Shown one piece after another: positions 21,120-33,071 of a stretch of DNA of 54,470 nt. The notes below the pieces were generated by a model. It made no database searches, was not told the DNA's origin, and was given only the letters and a program-made list of their open reading frames with translations. The position numbers and the translations under genes are program-made. Numbering within the stretch: the first letter of the stretch is position 1; every line of letters starts with the position of its first letter. The DNA is from an uncultured Chitinophaga sp. (GTDB lineage Bacteria > Planctomycetota > Planctomycetia > Pirellulales > UBA1268): assembly GCA_964567835.1 (NCBI GenBank), contig CAZMOU010000002.1, positions 13,804-68,273 of the forward strand. Direction: 5' to 3'.

Positions 21120-21956
21120 TCACGCCCGGCCGCCGGCGACGGCACGGACGCTGGCGATCGTGCGGGCGGCGGCGGTGTCGGCGTCGGGGATCGGGAAGAC
21201 CTCGGCCGACAGCCAGCCGTCGTAGCCGACGTCGCGGAGCGCCGCGGCGATCCGCGCGGCGTCCGTATGGCCCATCCCAAGCGCCTGCCGGTTCGAGTCG
21301 GCCCAGTGGACGTGCCCGAGGAGCGGACCGCAAGCCCGCAGCGCCGCCGCCGGATCGGCCTCCTCGATGTTCATGTGGAACAGGTCGGCGAGGATCCGCA
21401 CCCCGTCGATCCGCCGCTCGCGCAGGAAGGCGGCGGCGTCCCCGATCCGGGTGAAGAGGTTCGTCTCGTAGCGGTTGAGCGGCTCGTAGAGGAGCGTCTG
21501 CCCCGATCCCGCGGCGTGGCGCCCGAGCCGGGCGAGCGCCTCGCCGAGGAGATCGAGCGCGTCGGCACGCGACACGCTCCCCTCGTGCCGCCCCTGCATC
21601 GAACCGACGATCACCGGCGCGCCGTGACGCGCGGCCACGGTGACGAGCCCCTCGACGAAGGCCGACGCCTCGTCGCGCACCCGCGCCGCGGCGTGGGTCA
21701 GCGTGAGACGGTGACGCACCCACCCGGCGCCGCTCCCCACCGCCGCCACGCGGAGACCGTGCTCCGAGAGGTGCCTGTCGAGGTCGCACCCGGCGAGCTG
21801 CTCCCCGCCTGTGGGGAACACCTCGACCCCGTCGAACCCGAGCGCCGCGGCACGGCCACAGCCGCGTGCCAGCGCCTCCTCCGGGGTCGCCCCGTGGAAC
21901 ACGAACGGCCCCTGCGCGGCCTCCGGCACCAGACAGACGGTGACGGCGGCTCTCAT
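21120..21956 (-). CDS. Xylose-isomerase-like TIM-barrel protein (sugar phosphate isomerase/epimerase family)
   Basis: GFDGVEVF...LLYEPLNRYETNL...ADLFHMNIEE...GHVHWADSNR...GYDGWLSAEVF. Its ATG overlaps the upstream gene's stop (ATGA at 21953-21956). Confidence 0.82.
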   Translation of the reverse strand: MRAAVTVCLVPEAAQGPFVFHGATPEEALARGCGRAAALGFDGVEVFPTGGEQLAGCDLDRHLSEHGLRVAAVGSGAGWVRHRLTLTHAAARVRDEASAFVEGLVTVAARHGAPVIVGSMQGRHEGSVSRADALDLLGEALARLGRHAAGSGQTLLYEPLNRYETNLFTRIGDAAAFLRERRIDGVRILADLFHMNIEEADPAAALRACGPLLGHVHWADSNRQALGMGHTDAARIAAALRDVGYDGWLSAEVFPIPDADTAAARTIASVRAVAGGRA

Positions 21957-23227
21957 CGGGCGGCGTCCGGGGCGGGGAGGAAGAGGGGGCGAAGATGCCT
22001 CTCGAAGAGGTTCTCCGTCACCTGCCTCGCCACGATGTCACGGTTGGCGAGGAGGAGATCGGTGTAGCGTCGCCCCGCCCGCGCCGCCACCTTGAACGAC
22101 ACATGGAGCAGTTGACGCACGTCCGGTGAGAAACGCGGGTCGCCGGGGACGTGGCGGATGGCGGCGGCGAAACGGGCCCCGCTCCAGGAGCCCACCACGG
22201 CCGCGGAGGGGAGGCGATCGCGGCGGATGTCGATCACGGACGCGTACGGGGCGCACAGTTCGTCCACGTGCCCGAGGGCGTAGGCGTAGATCTCCCGCGC
22301 CAACTCGAGCCCGTCCCCCTCCGCCTCCGCCAGCCCGATCAGCTCCTCGAGCCACGTCGTGCCGGCGGTCTTCACGTGGACGCCGGCCCCCGTGCGCTCG
22401 ATCGTCCGGCGGATGACCGGATAGAGGGAGAACTTGTCGCTGCCGCTGTGCACCGACAGCTTGATCCCCGTGGGGAGCCCGTAGCGCCTCGCGGCATGGG
22501 CGAGGACGGCGACGTCGTCGGAGAATTCCCGCTCGAAGACTTCCAGGTCTCCGACGTAGTCCACGCCCTTGTTGAACCGTCCGGAGAACCGCGGCGCGAT
22601 CGTGTCGACGGGCACGCCGGCGTCGGCGAGGAGCGCGAGGATGACGAGCAACTCCGGCGGCGTCTGCGGCGCGTCGGTCTCGTCCATGCTCACCTCGGCG
22701 ACGAAGCGGTCGGATCCCTTCCGCCGTGCGACGTGGCGGTGGATCGCACCGGCCTCGTCGGCGGCGCGGTGGTAGGTTCCGGCGATCGCGGCGACGGCGC
22801 CGGGGGGAAAGGAGAGCGGCGCCGAGACCCCGGGGATTTCGACCGTCCCGGAGAACTCGGGATGGCGCGCGACGAACGCCGCGACGGCGGCCGGGTCGGC
22901 CGGCGCGCCGATCGAGTCGGCGACGTCGATGGTGAAATAATCGCTCGAGTCGACGAATCGGTCGACCGTCTCCAGACGGACATGGTCGGCATCGACGAAC
23001 CAGGGGTGTCGCCAGTCCCTGGCCGCCACGGCGGCCGCGGCGGCCCGGCGGACGCTCTCCGGCTCGCTGCCGATGAAGGCATGCTCGCGGTTCGACTTGT
23101 TCCACACCGGCGCCACCGTCACACCGGCGGCGGCGAGCCGTTCGAACGCGGCCAGTTGGGCCTCGGCCTGGTGCGCGAAGCGGTCGCCGACGCCGAACGA
23201 GAGCCGGGGAAGCGGGATGAAGGACAT
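21953..23227 (-). CDS. uxaE: Tagaturonate/fructuronate epimerase family protein
   Basis: SFGVGDRFA, VDADHV, EVSMDETDAPQTP, PRFSGRFNKGVDYVGDL..FEREF, KLSVHSGSDKFSLYP, HVKTAGTTWLEE and RQLLHVSF parallel the motifs I recall from Thermotoga UxaE. Confidence 0.75.
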   Translation of the reverse strand: MSFIPLPRLSFGVGDRFAHQAEAQLAAFERLAAAGVTVAPVWNKSNREHAFIGSEPESVRRAAAAAVAARDWRHPWFVDADHVRLETVDRFVDSSDYFTIDVADSIGAPADPAAVAAFVARHPEFSGTVEIPGVSAPLSFPPGAVAAIAGTYHRAADEAGAIHRHVARRKGSDRFVAEVSMDETDAPQTPPELLVILALLADAGVPVDTIAPRFSGRFNKGVDYVGDLEVFEREFSDDVAVLAHAARRYGLPTGIKLSVHSGSDKFSLYPVIRRTIERTGAGVHVKTAGTTWLEELIGLAEAEGDGLELAREIYAYALGHVDELCAPYASVIDIRRDRLPSAAVVGSWSGARFAAAIRHVPGDPRFSPDVRQLLHVSFKVAARAGRRYTDLLLANRDIVARQVTENLFERHLRPLFLPAPDAAR

Positions 23228-23243
23228 GGGGGAACGCTCCGCG

Positions 23244-26181
<2,938 letters not shown>

Positions 26182-26199
26182 GCTGGGGCGGCCGGGGGG

Positions 26200-27306
26200 T
26201 CAGTCGGCGGCCAGCGGCATGATCACGTAGCCGTAGCCGTCGGCGGTGGTGCAGACGCAGGCGCTCTGCCCGTCGGTGAGTTCGACGGTGACGACCGTCT
26301 CGGCGTCGAGGACGCGGAGGAAGTCGCTGACGAAGCGCGGATCGAGCTTGATCCGCACCGCGGCGCCGGCATGGTCGACGGGAAGCTCGATCCGGCTCTC
26401 GCCGCTCTCGGCCGAACGGCCGGTGAGCACCAACTGCCCCGGCTCGAACGAGAAATCGACCCCCTTCGACTGCTCGCTGGTGACGATCGCCGCCTGCCGG
26501 ACCGCGGCCAGGAGGGGACCGGCGACGAGTTGGACGCGGATGGCGTCGGTCCGCTCCGGGAAGACGTCGCGCCACCGGGGAAAACGCCCCTCCACGAGGC
26601 GCGACGAGATCGTCGTGGCACCGCAGGCGAAAAGGATCTCGCTCGGGCGCACCGCCACGCGCACCGGCTGGTCGGCGGCCCCCAGGCAACGCTCGACCAA
26701 TTGCATCGCCCGGGCGGGAACGATCGGCGCGGCGGCCGCACCGGATCCGGTCGCCGGGCCCTGCATCTTCGCCAGCCGGCGCCCGTCGGTGCCGACCGCG
26801 GTCACGGTGCCCTCGCCGAGTTCGAAGAGCACGCCCCCGAGCGCGTAGCGACTCGACTCGTTGTCGGTGGCGAACACCGTGCGGCGCACGAGTTCGCGGG
26901 CGAGCGTCGAGGAGATCTCGTGCCCGGAATCCTCCGGGAAGCCGGCGACGGCCGGGTACTCGAGAGGGTCCTCGGCCGGGAGGCGGAACTCGCTCCGCGG
27001 CGCCTTGACGATCGTGGCGGTGCCGTCGGTGTGGATGTCGAACACGGTGCCCGGGGCACTCTCGCGGACGATCGCCGACAACCGCCCGGCGGGGAGCAGG
27101 ACCGTTCCCGGGGCCGACGTCTCGACGCCGTCGACCACGGTGCGGATCCCCACCTCGAGGTCGGTGGCGGTCATGACGGCGCCGGACGGCGTCGCCTCCA
27201 GCTTGACGTTGGTGAGCACCGGCTTGGGGGACCGGGCCGGAACCACCGCCTGGGCGCTTTGCAGGGCCGCCAGGAGCGGCTCGCGCACACATCGGACCTT
27301 CATCAC
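26200..27306 (-). CDS. dnaN: DNA polymerase III beta sliding clamp
   Basis: 368 aa: MKVRCVREPLLAALQSAQAVVPARSPKPVLTNVKLEA...ATDLEVGIR...FATDNESSRYALGGVLFE...VGTDGRRLA...RLVEGRFPRWRDVFP... Confidence 0.95.
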   Translation of the reverse strand: MMKVRCVREPLLAALQSAQAVVPARSPKPVLTNVKLEATPSGAVMTATDLEVGIRTVVDGVETSAPGTVLLPAGRLSAIVRESAPGTVFDIHTDGTATIVKAPRSEFRLPAEDPLEYPAVAGFPEDSGHEISSTLARELVRRTVFATDNESSRYALGGVLFELGEGTVTAVGTDGRRLAKMQGPATGSGAAAAPIVPARAMQLVERCLGAADQPVRVAVRPSEILFACGATTISSRLVEGRFPRWRDVFPERTDAIRVQLVAGPLLAAVRQAAIVTSEQSKGVDFSFEPGQLVLTGRSAESGESRIELPVDHAGAAVRIKLDPRFVSDFLRVLDAETVVTVELTDGQSACVCTTADGYGYVIMPLAAD

Positions 27307-27424
27307 GAACCTCTCCGGACGGGCTCTCCGGCGACCGCCTGACGGGTCTCGGAAACCGTTAATCTACCCGACCGGAGGGCCCCTGGAACCCCCGGGGACG
27401 ACCCCCTTGCCGGGCCGGGGGGCC

Positions 27425-27540
27425 GCTCCCTTTTTCCTGCTCCTCCTGAAGAATCGAGAAAAGGAGCAAGAGCACCAGAGGAAGAAAGAGGATCAACAGA
27501 AGCCGCGGAAACGAACGACTGGACAGACGTACGGAAACGT
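27425..27540. other. Low-GC purine-rich tract with GGAAACG repeats upstream of dnaN (possible unwinding/regulatory element)
   Basis: 27431-27500 is 32/70 = 46% G+C by my count, against about 70% around it. CGGAAAC(G/C) occurs at 27350, 27506 and 27532, and TGGAAACG at 27633. The whole 27307-28008 interval has no convincing ORF. Confidence 0.3.
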
Positions 27541-28008
27541 CCGCCTGCAGCGGGGCCGCGGGTCGTTCCAGGAGCGGCGGAAGCAGGTTTTCGGGGGGGC
27601 CGGACGGACGATACGACCGTCGGAAAGCATGTTGGAAACGTGTCGATCGTGCGCTCGGTGGGCGCGTCGGAGGTGGTCGTCGTCGGGTGGGAATCGGGTG
27701 CGTTGTGAGTCCGATCGGGGGCATCCCGCCCGCGGCTCTGGATCGTTCTCCGGTCGTCGGAGGGACGAGGAGCCGACCGCCGGCGAGCGACGTGTCGGCG
27801 CACCACGCGGTGTGGTGCCGTTTCCGACAGGATCCGACGGGCGATGACAGCGCACGACGCCTCTCGCCGCGGCGGCGGGCGGCTCCCTTCAGGGGATCGT
27901 TCTCCGGAACGAGACCTGCCGCGTTCCTCGCACCATGCTCACGGGAACTTCACGGGGCGCTCATGGGGAGGCGGTAGCCTCGCGATCATTCCCGACGCGG
28001 GTGATCGT

Positions 28009-28404
28009 GTGGAACCTCCCAAACCCGTCACCCTCGTTCATTCCAAGGAACACCCCGTCCTGTCCGACGCGGCGTCCTGGGGGGTGGAGTCGGTCCGCAT
28101 CGAGGTGGCGCGGAAGTCCCCCGCGGCGGGGCGGGCATGGCTGGTGCTCCGCAGGGGTCGCGAGACGATCCGTCTGCGATTCGACGGCGTCACCGACCTC
28201 GCCATGAGGCCGGGTTTCCTCGATACGACGGTCGCGGTGAGGATCCTCGACGTGTCCCACCTCCTCTGGCAGCACGTCACGGTGAGGGTCGAATCGGCCT
28301 GCGGAACGCTCGGGTTCTGGGCCGCTGCTGCCGCCGTGGAAAAAGGACTCGCCGCCGAGGCACGACCCGCCCCGTCGGCGCGGCGGGGCCGCTCGGGTCC
28401 GTGA
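28009..28404 (+). CDS. Hypothetical small protein (about 131 aa)
   Basis: High GC3 and protein-like composition from GTG 28009: MEPPKPVTLVHSKEHPVLSDAASWGVESVRIEVARKSP...RLRFDGVTDLAMRPGFLDTTVAVRILDVSHLLWQHVTVRVESACGTLGFWAA. I recognise no family. The start is uncertain (the ORF extends to 27844). Confidence 0.45.
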   Translation: MEPPKPVTLVHSKEHPVLSDAASWGVESVRIEVARKSPAAGRAWLVLRRGRETIRLRFDGVTDLAMRPGFLDTTVAVRILDVSHLLWQHVTVRVESACGTLGFWAAAAAVEKGLAAEARPAPSARRGRSGP

Positions 28405-28458
28405 AGGTCGTCACCCCGGCTTGCAGCGAGCCGATCGGGGTGGCACGGGTGACTCCGT

Positions 28459-28845
28459 TCAGGGGATCGTGATGTCCAGCGCGGCGCTGCCGACGTTCAC
28501 CTTGCGATCGATCTTCCCCTGCTGGAATTCCTCCGGAACCTTGGCAAGCGCCTTGTCGGCATCGCCGGCTTTCGCCGACTTGGCCACGAACCAGGCGTAG
28601 GGGCCGGCGATCGCCTCGCCCGAGAAGGCACCGTTGGCATCGACCTCGAACGAGGTCATGTGGCCGGTGGTGGTGGGCTGGAGCATGAGGAGGACGTTCC
28701 CCACCGGCGATCCGTCCGCCCGCTTGAGCGAGCCGCTGACCGGCTTGGCGGCGGGCAGGGGCTTCCCCCCTCCCGACGACGAGCATCCGGCCACGGCGAG
28801 GGCGACGAGGAGGAGGAGCGGGAGAAGACGACGACGCGTGCGCAT
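28459..28845 (-). CDS. Small lipoprotein (carboxypeptidase-regulatory/transthyretin-like), partner of DUF1559
   Basis: MRTRRRLLPLLLLVALAVAGCSS carries a lipobox. Then VSGSLKRADGSPVGNVLLMLQP...ANGAFSGEAIAGPYAWFV. It lies 101 bp downstream of the DUF1559 gene. Confidence 0.72.
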   Translation of the reverse strand: MRTRRRLLPLLLLVALAVAGCSSSGGGKPLPAAKPVSGSLKRADGSPVGNVLLMLQPTTTGHMTSFEVDANGAFSGEAIAGPYAWFVAKSAKAGDADKALAKVPEEFQQGKIDRKVNVGSAALDITIP

Positions 28846-28946
28846 CCGGGGATCCTCGGAACGATGGGGGAGGGGAGGGAACCGGGCCGGAACGGGACCG
28901 GCGGGGTGGAGGCCACCCCGCCGGTCCATCCGTCCGTTCGGGCTGG

Positions 28947-30101
28947 TCAGTCGAGGCTCACGTTCTGCCCGTCGTTGCTGCCGACGAGGAACTTGACCAC
29001 GACGCCGTCGACGTCGTCGTTGACGTAGCGGACCGAGCCGTCGCCCATCGTCGCGTTGACGCCGCCGGGGTGGAATCCGAACGGCTCGTCGTTCGGACCG
29101 CAGTTGTTGATCGACCAGAGGCACTCCGCCGGACCGCCGATCGGGGTCTTGTTCTGGTTGATCTTCGCCAGGCGCGATCCGAGCGAGTTGCTCGGGCCGG
29201 AGTAGCCGTTGGCGGCGGCGTCCGGATCGGCCCAGGCGTAGACGCGGCGGCCACCCGGCGTGCCCGGCATCGCCGTGCCGTAATTGACCGGATCAGCCGG
29301 ACTCGACACCGGGCTGACGCGAGACGACATCGCCCCGAACTTGGAGACGGTCGGATGGCACCGGCTGGCGTCCTCGATCCACATGAAGGTCTTGCTCGTG
29401 CCGTCGGTGATCTGGCCCATGCCGACGCCGTCGCAGGAGAGGAGCGGCGGCACGACCTGGGCGAGCCAGGCGGCGGAGCCGGATCCGGGGGTCCGCATCC
29501 CGTAGGTGGCCGACCCGGGGGCCGAGTCGACGTCGGAGAGCGCGAAGACCATGTAGTCGATGCCACCGTAGCCGTAGATCGGATCACGATCGCCGACCGG
29601 CGTCGACGGGCAGAGGAAGGTGTCGATCTTCGTCTTCGCCGCGACCTGTCCCGAAGGGAACGAGGGATCGTCGTACGACAGGCCCTTGGCCTTCTTGTGG
29701 AGCAGGGCGCCGGACGGGGTGGTGTAGTTGCCGGAGGAATTGAGGGTCGCGCCGTAGGCCGTGAACGGATTGGCGGAGGTGTTGAACTGGTTGTAGACGT
29801 TCGACTGCTCGATGTAGGGGAGGATCACCGTGGCGATCGAGTGGATCATGTAGGTCGTCGTGCTCGATCCGGTCGAGTCGCACTGTCCGGGGGCGGGGAG
29901 CTTCCGGGTCGCCGACTCGAAATTGATGGCGCCGAGACCGAGCTGCTTCATGTTGTTCTGGCACTGACTGCGGCGGGCCGCCTCGCGGGCCGCCTGGACG
30001 GCGGGCAGCAGCAGCCCGACGAGCGTGCCGATGATGGCGATCACCACGAGCAGCTCGACGAGCGTGAACCCGCGGCGGGGGGACAGGGGGGAATGACGCA
30101 T
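28947..30101 (-). CDS. DUF1559 family protein with prepilin-type N-terminal helix
   Basis: [49 protein letters not shown]...[14 protein letters not shown]...[18 protein letters not shown]. Confidence 0.9.
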   Translation of the reverse strand: MRHSPLSPRRGFTLVELLVVIAIIGTLVGLLLPAVQAAREAARRSQCQNNMKQLGLGAINFESATRKLPAPGQCDSTGSSTTTYMIHSIATVILPYIEQSNVYNQFNTSANPFTAYGATLNSSGNYTTPSGALLHKKAKGLSYDDPSFPSGQVAAKTKIDTFLCPSTPVGDRDPIYGYGGIDYMVFALSDVDSAPGSATYGMRTPGSGSAAWLAQVVPPLLSCDGVGMGQITDGTSKTFMWIEDASRCHPTVSKFGAMSSRVSPVSSPADPVNYGTAMPGTPGGRRVYAWADPDAAANGYSGPSNSLGSRLAKINQNKTPIGGPAECLWSINNCGPNDEPFGFHPGGVNATMGDGSVRYVNDDVDGVVVKFLVGSNDGQNVSLD

Positions 30102-30596
30102 GGGAATGAAAATCCTGGAGGGAAGAAACCGGGTTGGGGGAAGAAACCGAACGGAGGAGGAGGGGGAGAGAAGCTGCGGAAAGCAATCCTGGGGAAGGTC
30201 TCGCCCGATCAGTCAGCGTTGTAGGTCGGAGGTCGTGCGGAAACCGGGGCCACCAAGGTCCCACCTGAATGTCTACGGATGGCGTGTGTGGTTCTCGTGA
30301 GACGTCGATGAGATTCCGACGAGCAAGCGGCTGCTTCCGTGGCGTCGCTCGTGAGTTTTCCCGTCGCGGTGAGATCCTAGGCGCGTGTCGTCAGCCCGAA
30401 ATGAGGTTCGGGCGAGGAATCGATGAAATCGCCGACGCGCGACCGACGTCACGATCTCCTCATCCCGCCTGGGTACGAATCTTCTCTCTGGTTACGGCGG
30501 CCCCGGCGGTGGTGAGCCAGGGGGCATGTCCGGGTGGAGTCAACGACACCGGCATGCCACCCGCATCCTCCGCTCCCCTCACCCAAGGACCCGACG

Positions 30597-31547
30597 ATGA
30601 ATCCGGCGTTGAACCGAGTCCTGTCGATGGGGGGGGCGTTGGTCGCGGCCCTCGTCTGTTCCATCCACGGTCCGGGTGTCCGCAGTGCCGAGCCTTTCCA
30701 CCTCCTGGCTTGGAACGTGGAGAGCAACCGCCCGGGTGCGGCCCGCGTCAGCGACCCGGCCACAATCGCCGCGAGGCTGGAGTCACTCGTGCGCGACCCG
30801 CGTACGCGAACGTCCATCGTCGTCCTCTCCGAGGTCGCGCCGAACACCGTGCCTGCCTTCCGTGCGGCCGTGGCACGGGGCTCTGGGCAGGACTTCGAGG
30901 CGATACTCTCCGCGAGTGGAGGCTTTCGCGACGCTGACAGCCTGCTCGTCCTCGTGGATCGCGCGCGGTTCGGCGTCGAGGACGTGTATGAGATCCATCG
31001 CCATGGCGGGATCGATGGAAACATGCTCGTCGCGGACGAGGGGCCCGATCTCGGTACGCTCCGTGCTCGCTCCCCTCTGGCGGTGCGGTTGGTCGACCGC
31101 ACGGGTGGGACCCGCTTCTGGCTGGTGGCGGTTCACTTGGCGCGTGGTGAGGAGTCGCTTCGCACCGACCAGGCGCGGATGTTGTGCCGCTGGGCGGCGG
31201 ACCGCGGGGAGCCGGTGATCCTTGCGGGTGATTGCAATTTCGACTTCGACTTCACCACGCGCCGTGGCAACGAGGCCTGGCGGGTCGTCGATGAATCGGC
31301 CGTGTGGCGGTGGATCGAGCCCGATCCCCTCGTCGACACCAACTGGGCCGACGACCGGAGCGCCCCACCGGGCGAGCGTCGTGACCGCTACCCCGGGTCG
31401 ATCCTCGATTTCGTGTTCGTGGCCAACGAAGCCGGGGCTTGGCGCTGCGAATCGGATGTGGTGGTGGAACCGGGCGACTTTCCCGACGACGACATGACGA
31501 GCGACCACCGCCCACTGGTGGCGACCTTCGAGCCCACGGCGCCGTGA
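30597..31547 (+). CDS. Secreted endonuclease/exonuclease/phosphatase (EEP) family protein
   Basis: Signal peptide MNPALNRVLSMGGALVAALVCSI, then LLAWNVES...VVLSEV...WLVAVHLA...ILAGDCNFD...SDHRPLVATF. Confidence 0.8.
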   Translation: MNPALNRVLSMGGALVAALVCSIHGPGVRSAEPFHLLAWNVESNRPGAARVSDPATIAARLESLVRDPRTRTSIVVLSEVAPNTVPAFRAAVARGSGQDFEAILSASGGFRDADSLLVLVDRARFGVEDVYEIHRHGGIDGNMLVADEGPDLGTLRARSPLAVRLVDRTGGTRFWLVAVHLARGEESLRTDQARMLCRWAADRGEPVILAGDCNFDFDFTTRRGNEAWRVVDESAVWRWIEPDPLVDTNWADDRSAPPGERRDRYPGSILDFVFVANEAGAWRCESDVVVEPGDFPDDDMTSDHRPLVATFEPTAP

Positions 31548-31563
31548 CCGGTTCCCCGGCCGG

Positions 31564-31794
31564 TCACGCGTCGCCGAGGCACTCCTCGCACGCATCCCAG
31601 AAGGCGTGGGCGACGAGCGTCACCATCTCCGCGCTCGGCGGCACGCCGAGACGACGATGGAGAATGATCCCCACGGCGCCGCGCATGCCGATCGATTCGT
31701 AGCGGTGGTCCTCCGACACGAATCGCAGCACTTCCTGAATCGTGTCATTGTCGATGAGGGGCTGGCGGGGTCGGTCGCAGAGAGGTGATCGCAT
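31564..31794 (-). CDS. Hypothetical small protein (76 aa)
   Basis: High GC3 and non-repetitive composition (DNDTIQEVLRFVSEDHRYESIGMRGAVGIILHRRLGVPPSAEMVTLVAHAFWDACEECLGD). I recognise no family. Confidence 0.4.
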   Translation of the reverse strand: MRSPLCDRPRQPLIDNDTIQEVLRFVSEDHRYESIGMRGAVGIILHRRLGVPPSAEMVTLVAHAFWDACEECLGDA

Positions 31795-32115
31795 CGCTTC
31801 AGTTCACGGGTGGGGGGGGCGTGGTCGTGGCCCGGGTATGGCCCTCGCAGGGGATCACAGCAGGCGTCGATGAGGTGCGTGTGTGTCTCGATGCACTCAT
31901 CGAAGTCTCGTGATCGGGAGTCAACGCGCCATGCCGGTGGGAGCGACGCACGGCACGTTGGACTCGTGCCAACGTCCGCGGTCGGGGTGGGAATCATGGA
32001 AAGTTCATCGATCACTCACGGCTTCCTGACACGGTGGCGCTACGCTCCGCCATGCCCTGACCTGCGACGACTCCAATCCCATCCCGGATCACTTCCCCCT
32101 TCCGGAATCACTCCC

Positions 32116-33021
32116 ATGCCGCGCACGCTCCCGGGTCGACGGCCGCGGGCCTTCACGCTCGTCGAGCTCCTCGTCGTCATCGCCATCATCGGCACGCTCG
32201 TCGGCCTCCTCCTCCCCGCCGTCCAGGCGGCGCGCGAGGCGGCCAATCGTTCCTCCTGCTCCAACAACCTCAGGCAGGTCGGGCTCGCGTTCCAGCTCCA
32301 CCACGACACGAGGAAGCGCTTTCCCTACGCCGGCTCCGATGGTCCGAACCAGAGCTGCTGCAACGCCACCGTGCGGACGGGGTGGACCTGGATGTGGCAG
32401 ATCCTCCCCTTCCTCGAGGAGTCGAACCTGGCGAACCTCCCCGAGGACGCGACGAACAACGCAGTCGTGGCACGGACGCCGATCGGCGTCTTCTACTGCC
32501 CGTCGCGGCGCGTGCCGCGGGCCTACGGTGGGACGACGCTCACCGCCCGCAGCGACTACGCCGTCAACGGCGGCCGCGCGTTCGCCAACAACGGGGACGA
32601 GGGGCCGGCGCCCCGCCAGTGGGTGGCGCCGGGGACGTCGCTGCCGATCACCACCCCGCCGCGCGCCCCGCGGCTCCTCAAGGACATCGCCGACGGCCTG
32701 ACGAACACCGTCCTCGTCGGCGAGAAGCAGCTCCACGCGAGCGTCCAGGGATCGGCCGGCGGGGACAACGAAGCCTGGAACAATTCCGGCTGGGACCAGG
32801 ACCACGCCCGCTTCGGCAACGTCCTCCCCCAGCCCGACACCCGGCATCCCGACGCCCGGTCGCCGACGTTCTGGTCGGAACGCTTCGGCGGACAGCACCC
32901 CGGCCTCGTCCTCATGGTCTACGTCGACGGCAGCGTCCGTCCCCTGTCGTACGAGATCGACGCCGCCACCTGGCTCAATCTCGCCCTCATCAACGACGGC
33001 AACCCGGTCACCGTCGAGTGA
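32116..33021 (+). CDS. DUF1559 family protein with prepilin-type N-terminal helix
   Basis: [58 protein letters not shown]...DGLTNTVLVGEK...QHPGLVLMVYVDGSVRPL. Confidence 0.9.
   Translation: MPRTLPGRRPRAFTLVELLVVIAIIGTLVGLLLPAVQAAREAANRSSCSNNLRQVGLAFQLHHDTRKRFPYAGSDGPNQSCCNATVRTGWTWMWQILPFLEESNLANLPEDATNNAVVARTPIGVFYCPSRRVPRAYGGTTLTARSDYAVNGGRAFANNGDEGPAPRQWVAPGTSLPITTPPRAPRLLKDIADGLTNTVLVGEKQLHASVQGSAGGDNEAWNNSGWDQDHARFGNVLPQPDTRHPDARSPTFWSERFGGQHPGLVLMVYVDGSVRPLSYEIDAATWLNLALINDGNPVTVE
32145..32244 (+). repeat. 100-bp perfect direct repeat, copy 1 (5' end of DUF1559 gene)
   Basis: GCGGGCCTTCACGCTCGTCGAGCTCCTCGTCGTCATCGCCATCATCGGCACGCTCGTCGGCCTCCTCCTCCCCGCCGTCCAGGCGGCGCGCGAGGCGGCC is identical to 33101-33200 by direct comparison. 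Confidence 0.9.
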
Positions 33022-33071
33022 CCGTCCCGGCGCTTCGCGGCCAATCCCCCACCGTCCCCCGGAGGTCATCA

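Noticed and set aside
27359-27724. 121-aa minus-strand ORF immediately upstream of dnaN with a hydrophobic stretch (LLLILFLPLVLLLLFSIL)
   Set aside because: The hydrophobic run is just the pyrimidine-strand reading of the low-GC purine tract. The rest is Pro/Arg-rich, GC3 is low, and there is no RBS or family. I treat it as non-coding.
27307-28008. Canonical DnaA boxes (TTATCCACA / TGTGGATAA)
   Set aside because: I saw none with 2 or fewer mismatches (the best is TGTGGAACC at 28008-28016, 3 mismatches). The origin call therefore rests on context only and is kept as a hypothesis.
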